Shown: positions 8,262 to 17,285 of the stretch, piece by piece
How the letters are laid out: each line of letters opens with the position of its first letter
How positions within the stretch are numbered: the stretch's first letter is position 1
Origin: Emiliania huxleyi CCMP1516
Taxonomy: Eukaryota
DNA length: 20,000 nucleotides
Direction: 5' to 3'
Assembly: GCF_000372725.1 (NCBI RefSeq)
Contig: NW_005202113.1
Span: 433,125 to 453,124, forward strand
The notes under the pieces: generated by a model
What the model was told of the DNA's origin: nothing
Database searches by the model: none
The model's input: the letters and a program-made list of their open reading frames with translations, nothing else
Program-made: the position numbers and the translations under genes

Positions 8262-10646
8262 ATGCTCTTCGGCCTGCTCGCCTTGACGCCGGCACCGACC
8301 GGCGGGCGAGCACCCGCCGCCCGCGCCTCGGCGTCGGCCGCATCGCCCGGCGCGGCGACGGCGTCGGCGGAGCCGCACGCGGCGGCGGGCGGCAGCGCCC
8401 TCGAGCGCGAGGACGGCACGGTGTGGGAGCTGATCGAGGCGGAGGGCCGCCGGCAGCGCGATGGCCTCGAGCTCATCGCGAGCGAGAACTTTGCGTCTGC
8501 CGCCGTCCGCGAGGCGCTCGGGTCTGTGATGACGAACAAGTACTCCGAGGGGCTGCCGGGCGCGCGGTACTATGGCGGCAACGAGCACGTGGACGCGCTC
8601 GAGCGGCTCTGCCAGGCGCGCGCGCTCGAGCTCTTCGGGCTCGACCCCGACGAGTGGGGCGTCAACGTGCAGCCCTACTCCGGCTCGCCCGCAAACTTTG
8701 CCGCCTTCACGGCGCTGCTCGAGCCGCACGACCGAATCATGGGGCTTGACCTGCCGTCGGGGGGGCACTTGACGCACGGGTACTACAACGAGCGCCGGCG
8801 CGTCTCGGCAACCTCCATCTACTTCGAGTCGCTCCCGTACGAGGCGAGAGCGCGCGCACCCGCCACCCTGCACCGCCCCGCCCGGAATCTGTCCCACATC
8901 TGCCCCTATCTGCCCCTACCTGCCCCCAGGTGTCGGCCGAGACTGGCCTGATCGACTACGACGGCCTCGAAGAGCGCGCTCGGCTCTTCCGCCCAAAGCT
9001 GCTCATCGCAGGCGAGGGAGGGAGAGGGAGGGATAAGGGAGAGGGAGAGGGAGAGGGAGAGGGAGAGGGAGAGGGAGAGGGAGAGGGAGAGGGAGGGAGG
9101 GGGAGGGAGAGGGAGGGAGAGGGAGGGAGGGAGAGGGAGGGAGGCCGATCTGCCGCCGCGCCCGCGCGCAGGGGCGTCGGCCTACCCTCGGGACTGGGAC
9201 TACGCGCGGATGAGGCGGATCGCCGACTCGGTCGGCGCGCTGCTGATGAACGACATGGCGCACGTCTCGGGCGGAGAGGCACGTCCACGACACGTCCGCG
9301 ACACGTCCGCGACACGTCCACGACATGTCCACAGGCGCACATCTCGGGCCTCGTCGCGGCGGAGCAAGCCGCCGACCCGTTCGAGCACTGCGACGTGGTC
9401 ACGTCGACCACGCACAAGTCGCTACGCGGGCCGCGCGCCGGCGTCATCTTTTACCGCAAGCGGTTCGAGAGCGCGGTCAACTTCGCCGTCTTCCCGTGCC
9501 TGCAGGCCCCTCCCCCTCCCTCCCTCCCTCCCTCCCTCCCTCCCTCCCTCCCTCCCTCTCAACGTCGCCGTCTCCGCGTGCCTGCAGGGAGGGCCGCACA
9601 ACCACCAGATCGCGGCGCTGGCCGTCGCGTTGCGAGAGGCTCGCCCATCTCTCCCCCATCTCTCCCCATCTCACACACCACTGTCTTGAATCGGGAGGCG
9701 TCTTCTTCTCTCCCAACCAGCGCTCGAGAGGACACGCACTCAAACTTCTTCCCGCCGTAAACCGCGGTCTAACTACTCATGAGTAGGCGGGGCAGCCAGC
9801 TTTTCCGAGATCACCCGAGATCACCCGACATCACCCGACATCACCCGACATCACCCGACGTTGTAGGCGCAGCAGCCAGCCTTCCGCGAGTACATCCGGC
9901 GTGTCAAGGCGAACGCGAAGGCGCTCGCCGCCGCGCTCGTGGCGAGAGGCTACACCATCGTCACGGGCGGTACCGACAACCACCTCGTGCTCTGGGACTT
10001 GCGGCCGCAGCGCCTGACCGGCTCGAAGCTCGAGAAGCTCGCCGAGGCCTTCCGCCCTCCTCCCTCCGCCCTCCTCCCTCGCCTTCCGCCCTCCACCCAC
10101 TCCTTCCGCCCTCCGCCCTCTTCCTCCTCCTCCTCCCTCTTCCCTCCTCCCTCTTCCCTTCTCCCTCCGCCCTCCACCCTCCTCCCTCCTCCTCCCTCCG
10201 CCCTCTTTTCTCCGCCCTCTGCCCTCCGCCCTCCGCCCTCCTCCCTCTGCCCTCTGCGAGAAGGTTCCGAGAAGGGTCCGAGGCGGGCGCTACCACGCCC
10301 CGCCCGAGAGAGAACCTTCTCGGAACCTTCTCGGAACCTGCTCGGAGCCTTCCTGCAGGCGGTCGGCATCACGCTCAACAAGAACGCGGTGCGCGGCGAC
10401 GTCTCCGCCGCCACGCCCGGCGGGGTTCGCATCGGCACGCCGGCGCTGACAACGCGCGGTTTCGGCGAGGCCGATTTCGTGAGGGTGGCGGAGTACTTGC
10501 ACGAGGCCGTCGAGCTGGCGCTTGCGCTGCAGCAGCGCTCCGGAACAAAGCTCAAGGACTTCGTCGCGGAGATGGAGGCGGAGCCCGCCGTCGCCGACTT
10601 GCGAGAGCGGGTGCGCGCGTTCGCGACCGAGTTCCCGATGCCCTGA
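8262..10646 (+). CDS. SHMT: Serine hydroxymethyltransferase, 7 exons, with an N-terminal targeting extension
   Basis: Motifs [58 protein letters not shown]-lysine motif [41 protein letters not shown]. Exons about 8262-8843, 8930-9011, 9172-9257, 9335-9505, 9588-9638, 9867-10046, 10359-10646. All six introns are GC-AG. Confidence 0.97.
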
Positions 10647-11989
10647 GAGTCTCAGTGAGAGAGGAGAGTGGCCGTGTGGCCGTGACGCACGAGCGGCGTG
10701 CGCCGTGCGGGGAGACGTGCAGAGAAGTGGGCACTCTCTCATTTCCATGCCCTTCGCGTTTCCACGCGCCGCCGTTGATCAACGCCGTTGTGTTCCCTGC
10801 TCATGGTAGACGGCCGCAAGCGAGTCGCTGAAAAAAAGAAATTTGGCTCACTGGCATCACACCTCGTCGCTCTGGGGGGAGGCGAGGGCCCTAGGGGGTA
10901 CCCATGCGGGGGGGAGATGGGGTCCCCCAGCCCGCCGCAGGCGCCGTGGCATTTTTTCTTTTCTGCTCAATTTTTTACTTGTTTTCATGGGAATTCGGCG
11001 TACTTGCGGCCATGCTATCACGCCTTGCGACATCCTTTCGGCGCTGCTGACCGTGCCATGCTGCTCAACTGACCGCCTGCATAGCTCGCGGCCTTAGTCT
11101 TCGGCATTCAGTGACGACCTGATCGTACGGCCAGTAGGAAGGTGTCCTTCCATCGTGTGCACGCTTCTGACGCAATGCGCGTCACAAACTGCCTCGGATT
11201 GGCTGCTGGCACTCTCGAAGCTATGCCTACACAGCCTCGCGCGCATGGGCAGTCAAGAGGGACCACGCACCTTCTCAGGACAGCGCCGGTGCCTCTCTCT
11301 TGGACCGGCAAACGTGGTGGTCTCGTGTCACCGATGTGGGACCAGTGCGGCATCGCGCCATCGACAGCTCTGAACTGCGCCTCACCACTGACCGGGAAGG
11401 CCGCCAAGTGGGTCAGCATCGGTCGCACATTGTGGCAGCAGTCAGCAGCGCATGTCTGATAGCTAGAGCAGCAGCGTCAGGGTCGCAGGGTCGGATCGTG
11501 TCAAGCCTCTCGCCCGGCCGGCCGTGTGCAGACGTCGCGGCCTGTCTGCTGTCTGGAGTGATCTGTCGGCGGTCAGTACGACCGATCAGGTTGGAAGGTT
11601 CTTATGGTTAGAGGGTCTATCTGTATGTACTCCTCGAGATCTCTCCAAATCTGCCCTCTGATCAACCGTGATCATTCGGGAAGTCGGTGCTAGTAGAGAC
11701 TAGTAGAGCCGGAGCCCCGTTTTTCCGCACTGCTGCGCGGCGCACGGTGCCTCCGGGGGCCCCCGCCTCCCCCCAGAGCCTCGTCGGGGGAGGTGTGCTC
11801 AGCAGGCTGTGCAGCGCAGCCTGCCTCACTCAGAGCGCCGCTGACGCGGCGCGGGGCCGCCGTCGGCGCTGCTGCCGCGCACGCTGCGCTGCCGTGCGGG
11901 GCCTGTGCGTCACCATCGAGCATCGTGTCCTCTGGCCGCGTTGCCGACGCCACTTGCCGCTCGCCGCTGCTGCCCTTTCCTGCCATCGC

Positions 11990-11993
<4 letters not shown>

Positions 11994-12069
<76 letters not shown>
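11994..12069. repeat. (AC)n microsatellite, about 38 units
   Basis: Directly visible perfect dinucleotide run. Confidence 0.97.
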
Positions 12070-12070
<1 letters not shown>

Positions 12071-12189
12071 ATAGTTTTTGAATAAGAGGCGAGTCCCGCG
12101 CCCCAGATGCCAGTCAGGGCCTCCGCGGGAGATTTCTCATTTGTTACCGTGCTCTACCGCGCGTCCGCGCCTCTCTAGACCCTGACCCT

Positions 12190-12936
12190 CTAGAGGGTTG
12201 GCGCGGCAGTGTCGAGGGCGCGCGCCTCCGCTGCGAGACTGCGCGCGGCGGCGGCGGCCTCCTCTGGCGAGCGGCACACCACCACCCTGTCGAAGCCCTC
12301 CGAGGTGCGCGGAGCCACTATCCACGACGAGATGCGCCGCACTATCTGCTGCAGCTCTCGCGCCGACTTTGAGCCTGAGTCGACGTGCCCCTCGTGCGTG
12401 GCGCGGCGGAGCACGCGCCGCCGCGCCACGTGCTCCGGCACGTCGAGAAAGACGGCGACGCGCGAGGCGGGCCTCGCCCCACCCAAGTTGAGCCAGTGCG
12501 CACGCTGGTCGGGGTCAAAGTTGCAGCGGTCGATCAGGACGTGGCGCCGCTGCCTCAGCGCCTCGCGCGCGGCACGGATGCACTGCTTGCGCGAGCCAAG
12601 GACGTCCTGGGAGATGCGGGACCAGCGCTCCCTGCTGCTGCCGCCGCCGTCAGCGCTGCAGCTGTGTGCGAGGAGCAGCTCCGCAAAGGTGCTCTTACCC
12701 GCGCCGGGCATACCAACCATGACCACGAGCAAGCCTGGCACAGCCGTTGATTCGGTCGGCAAAGCTGCAGATGTCCCGGCTGGTTGTCCGCTCTCTCCCT
12801 CCACACACGCACACGCGAGGGAGTGTGGAGGTCGCTGCGTGCGCGGTGCCAGGTGTACCCAGTGTGCCGGAGCGCGCTCCGATCGGTGATGCGCCGTTGG
12901 AAGCATGCTAGCGTAGAGCTGGACGAGTGGGAGCAT
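12190..12936 (-). CDS. P-loop kinase of AAA_33 / polynucleotide-kinase-like type, single exon, 248 aa
   Basis: Walker A LVVMVGMPGAGKST, then RISQDVLGSRKQC, HVLIDRCNFDPDQRAHW, VFLDVP..VARRRVLRRATHEG, P..SEGFDRV. This is the typical motif order of AAA_33/PNK-like kinases. Confidence 0.85.
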   Translation of the reverse strand: MLPLVQLYASMLPTAHHRSERAPAHWVHLAPRTQRPPHSLACACVEGESGQPAGTSAALPTESTAVPGLLVVMVGMPGAGKSTFAELLLAHSCSADGGGSSRERWSRISQDVLGSRKQCIRAAREALRQRRHVLIDRCNFDPDQRAHWLNLGGARPASRVAVFLDVPEHVARRRVLRRATHEGHVDSGSKSARELQQIVRRISSWIVAPRTSEGFDRVVVCRSPEEAAAAARSLAAEARALDTAAPTL

Positions 12937-13888
12937 GATCGCTGGGAAACCTTGGGTTCGGGCTCCTTGCCGCTGGGGGGCTGCGTACGTTGTATTGTCG
13001 AGTATTGTAACTTGTACGTACTTTTAGCTTACTGGGAGAGAAGGGAGAGGGGGTTGTACGCGCGGCGTGAGAGCTTGGAAGCGAGCTTTGAACGGCGATC
13101 GAGGATGGCGCGGTTCTCTCATATATAACACTCTCTCTCTCTCATATATAGGGTGCCCACAGGGCCCAAAAAAGAAAGGAAAAAAGAAATGGGGCAAGCC
13201 CGATCGCAGCACTTCGTGTTGTACAGTCGAAATATTGAGATTGTGACCAGGAGGGAGGGACGCAGGGGATCTCAAAGGTATACCCTTGGAATGGCCGGAT
13301 GCAGCCTTGAAAGTACGAGATCGCGCGCGCTTCGCGCGCTGCACCGCCTGTTCTCCGCGGCTGTGTGACGACGCGTGTGCCGTGTGCCAGCAGAGTTGGG
13401 CGCGCGCGGCGCGACGGCGCCCGCGAGGGAAGGCGCGGGTGCAGCGGCCGCCGGCGGTCGTACCGCTCGCCAGCCGGCGCAGCAGTGGCCAGCGCAGCGG
13501 CCGCCGGCGCAGCAGCCAGAGCAGCCGGTACGCGCCTTGCGAGGCGAGTACTCAGAGGCGGCCAGGCGGCAGTACTCGCTCGAACTTTGCGAGCTGTGCG
13601 CGCGCCGAGGCGCGCGCGGCGCGCGCCCGCCCGGCTGCCAGTAGGAGGCGGCGCAATATGGCCTATAGTACAGCCCTTGAGGAAGAGGAAGAGGCTGGCT
13701 GGCAGTGCTGTATGCCGCCGGGGGGCAGTTTTGGGGTGCTGACCCACGCCCAGGGGGCTGCAGAAGGCGTCCGCAACCGTGACAACCCGCCCCCCCAGCC
13801 GAGGCCGGTCGAAGCCCACTTGAGCACAGGCAGCCATGAGGAGTCCTCTTGGTGCTCCTGGCGGCCGTTCAAAGCTCGGGCGCACGCC

Positions 13889-13963
13889 GATGGGAGGTGG
13901 GTGTGTCTTGCTTGCTCCACACCGAGCGCCACCGGTCCGGACCGGCGTGCTCAATGAGGGTCG
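13889..13963 (+). pseudogene. Possible decayed RanBP2-type zinc finger remnant
   Basis: DGRWVCLACSTPSATGPDRRAQ*GS fits the W-x-C-x2-C-x3-N-x6-C-x2-C spacing if AGC>AAC, CGT>TGT and TGA>TGY, each a single substitution. Confidence 0.35.
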
Positions 13964-14074
13964 GCCTGCACAAGGATCAAGGTCTGTGCCGCGGCCGCTC
14001 GGCGCCAAGTGCAGTGTCACGCTCGCACGCGAGCGGGTCACAATGGGAAACCCCCGTTTCCTATTCACTCGCTG

Positions 14075-14226
14075 AGCCCTGGTCTCGACACCTCGACACC
14101 AAACCTCGACACCAACTCGACACCTCGTCCTCGACACCCCGTGCCAACTCGACACCCCTCGACACCCCTCGACACCCCTCGAGGTCGTAAAATACAAACA
14201 AATCAACCGAAACAAGTGCGCAAGAA
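14075..14226. repeat. CTCGACAC repeat cluster (8 copies, 14084-14175), probable transposon-end remnant
   Basis: Eight CTCGACAC copies with variable spacers. The segment is bracketed by an 8-bp direct repeat ACTCGCTG (14067-14074 and 14227-14234). No partner TIR found in the window. Confidence 0.6.
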
Positions 14227-14413
14227 ACTCGCTGTGAGCATATTGGCCGGTTCGTTCGCCCTACCCTTGGTGTGAGTGAGTGAGTGAGTATTCTTGGTAC
14301 AACGCTGGCATCTGCGCTTCTTTTACTTCTTCGCGCGGCCACCGATCGCCATATTGCACTCACGCGCGAACACGCGCACGCAAAAACGCGCGTGCACGGA
14401 ACGATCATCGAGC

Positions 14414-16775
14414 ATGCACGGGCTGATCCATGTGGTCCTGAAGGGCTTCGTGGTGGAGCGGTTCGGCGCGGAGAAGTGGTCTGACATCCTGCGAATTGCC
14501 AATGTCGAGGACGAGGCGAGCATCATACGCATGGAGCAGTACGATGACGCGCTGAGCCTGGCGGTGGTCGGGATCGCCCTGGAGGCGATAGAGGAGGTGG
14601 CATCGGTTATGGGCGTTTCTTTTTCGAAGAATCGCTTACTATTACTAGGTGCTCGACGTGACCAAGGTGGATGCGCTGGAGCTGATCGGGGGCTATTTTG
14701 TGGAATTCGTTGTCAGAGCGGGGTACAGCAAGATGCTCCGCTCCCTCGGAACGACGCTGGACGAGTTTCTGCTGAACCTGAACCAGCTCCACCACAACCT
14801 CGAGCGGGAGTTCCGGACGGCAGTGTTCCCGAGTTTCGAGATTTCCCGGGTCAAGACCAACCATGACCACGATCAGGAGGAGGAGGAGGAGTTCCTCCTG
14901 CGCTACTCCTCCATGCGCGCGGGGCTGGGGCTGGCCCCGCTGGCAAAGGGCGTGGTGCAAAAGGTGGCGTCGGTACTCTTCGACATGCAGATCGAGATCG
15001 AGGAGCTCAGCCGCGTGGAGTCGGAGCAGGTGGAGAGGAGGCTCGAGCAGCCGCTCGAGAGCTCCCTGGCGACACAGCGGGCGCCGGCGGAGGACGAGGA
15101 TGCGGACGGCGGCGACGATGATGACGCCGCCGCCATCTCTCAGGGCGTGAGCTGGCTCATCAGGATCCCGCGGCCGCCTTCGCCCATAACGCCGCACTCG
15201 CCACCGCCAGTCGGGAATGCCCCCCAGCAAGCCGGCGCGGCGACGGGTCGTGCCGCCGAAGCATCATCATCGTCACCGTCCCTGTTCTCGTCCTTCGACC
15301 TGCACCAGGCGCTCTGCTCCGTGGGCAGGTGCTGCACTTCGGCTGCCTCCGCGGTGTGCTGCACTGTGGACTGTTCCGCCGAGTGTGCTGCGCCGCCGAG
15401 TGCGCAGGCCGCTCTCGACGACGTCGACGCCGCCATCTTCACCGCCCGCGGGGTGGAGATCGCGGCAGGGGAGCGGCTGTTTGTCGCCGCGGAGCTTTTC
15501 CGGGGCGTCCTCGCCTCCCAGGTGGCCGGTGCGTGGAGCGAGCCGGAGGCGCTCGAGCGGGCGGGCGACTTCTGGTCGAAGGACTTGCTGGCAAGTGCGG
15601 CGGCGGCGAGCAGGCGGCAGCGGGTGCTCGAGCGGGCAGGGGAGCAGCCGCCGCAGCCAACGGAGGACGAGGGGGGCGGCGGGTGCTACTACGCGTGGTC
15701 GAGAGAGGTCCTACTGCCACGCTGCGGCGGGCGCTACTACCACGCTGCGGCGGCGGAGGAGTGGATCCCGGGGTGGCAGCGAGTGCTCTTCGTCTCTCAC
15801 GCCTGGTCGCCCCCGCCTGGCTGGGCGGAGCTGATGGGGGCCCAGTGCCGGTACGGCGACGTGAAGGCGGCAGAGGTGTGCATCGCCGCGAAGGATCTGG
15901 CCGGCCAGGCGAGCGGTAGGGGGGCGGCCGCTCGGGCGGACGCCGTGGCCGCTGGCGACGCCGTGCGTTGGGGGGAGGTGCGGCTCTGGATCGACAAGTG
16001 CTGCGTGCAGCAGGGTGACGCGGTGCAGGTCGCCACCTGCGTGGAGCTCTTCGAGGAGTTCATCCAACTCAGCGACGGCGTGCTGGTCTTGCCCGCCTGG
16101 AACTACTTCGAGCGGCTCTGGTGCGTCTACGAGTGGGCATGCTTCACCATGTTCCACGAGCCCGAGGATGTGGTGCTGTGCGCCGACGCTTTCTTGCGGC
16201 CGAAGTCCCTGCCGCTGTTCCTCAAGTCCATCAGGAACTTCTCGCTGGATCGCTGCCAGTGCTTCCATGCCCCAGACCGGGAGATCCTCCGCCGGAAGGT
16301 GGACCAGTACTACACCTCTGTCCGGGCGTTCGAGACCTTCGTGCGCTTCACCGCCGTTGCGTTCTTCGGCCGGTGCATGACCCACCGGGCCGGCCGCGCC
16401 TCCGCGCAGCTGGCGCCGTGGGCCGACCTCGCAGAGGAGTTCGGCTTCGCCGCTCTGGCGAGGGAGCTCCGCACAGCCGACCAGAGCTCCAAGCGGTGGC
16501 GCCGGGAGGCCTACCGAAGCGCCAGCGGGAGCCATTGGGAGGAGGCGGCGGGGGGCAAGAAGCTTCCGAACAGGGAGCCAGATCAGCCAACGGCAGCGCG
16601 GGCCTCCTCCTCGGGCGTGCAGGCGCTGATCTGCGAGAAATCGGACGCTTGGTTTTCGCGGCACATCGCGCCGCTGGTGGAGGTGGCCCGCAACGAAGCG
16701 GCGAATCCGGACGCGCTGCGGCTTGTGGCCCGGGGCCGATGCCAGGGCCGGCGTCGTCTCTTTTGTTACGCGTGA
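14414..16775 (+). CDS. H-NOX (HNOB haem NO-binding) domain fused to a TIR/HET-like domain, about 765 aa, 2 exons
   Basis: Exon 1 14414-14584, GC-AG intron 14585-14648, exon 2 14649-16775. H-NOX: MHGLIHVVLKGFVVERFGAEKW...YDD...G..FVEF...GYSKMLRSLG..L.EFLLNLNQLHHNL...FPSF...YSSMR..LAPLAKGVV. C-terminal part: LFVSHAW...LWIDKCCVQQ...FIQLSDGVLVL...YFERLWCVYEW...FSLDRCQCF..PDREIL. Confidence 0.88.
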
Positions 16776-17285
16776 CGTCTCCAAAAGTGCGTGTGTCTTT
16801 TTATGATAATACTTAAGGCCGCGACGCGTCTCATCATGCGTGCGTAATAGGCCGTGAAGACTGAGAGAGTGTTTTGCCTGCGCGCACTTACCCGGGGAGC
16901 ACCCAACAAACTGGTAATGCTCAAAATCCCGGGGCGAGTCTTGCTGAGGGCGGGGCGCGGGGAGGTCTCCGGTAGTATGTGCTATGTCCGCTCGACTGCT
17001 GGACTGCGGCTACTCCCGGTGGGGTAGAGTTGCTGATCGGATGGCCCATAGTGCGGACCTCGTTAAAAGAAAGATAAAACAGACAACCCAAGGGAGGGAG
17101 ACAGGCGTTCAATTCTGTGAGGTGCAAAATTCTATTAGAAGCCGTCGTCCTCGCTTTGCCTGTTGTGTGAATCGTGCCCTGTGCGAGAGAGGTTTTGGAA
17201 AAATTCTTTTTGGCGAGGTCGGCTCCAGAGCCTGAGGCCGCGGCGACTTGCCTGTAGCACACGTGCTGGTGCTCTCAAGGGGGCG

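Noticed and set aside
10840..11700. Possible mobile-element or gene remnant downstream of SHMT (ORF 11108-11428 -)
   Set aside because: No TIR/TSD pair or recognisable domain could be established by eye.
11687..12085. ORFs with HTHT/CVCV runs
   Set aside because: Translations of the (AC)n microsatellite.
14084..14175. Repeat-spacer-like array suggesting CRISPR
   Set aside because: The repeats are 8-9 bp with 0-10 bp spacers, the context is eukaryotic, and no cas genes are present.
14585..14597. Alternative GT donor at 14597 for the H-NOX intron
   Set aside because: In frame but adds AIEE. The GC donor at 14585 gives gap-free agreement with the H-NOX YDD...VL helix spacing. Not excluded without cDNA.
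14414..16775. Annotation as a soluble guanylyl cyclase
   Set aside because: No HNOBA/PAS or class III cyclase motifs are recognisable after the H-NOX domain.
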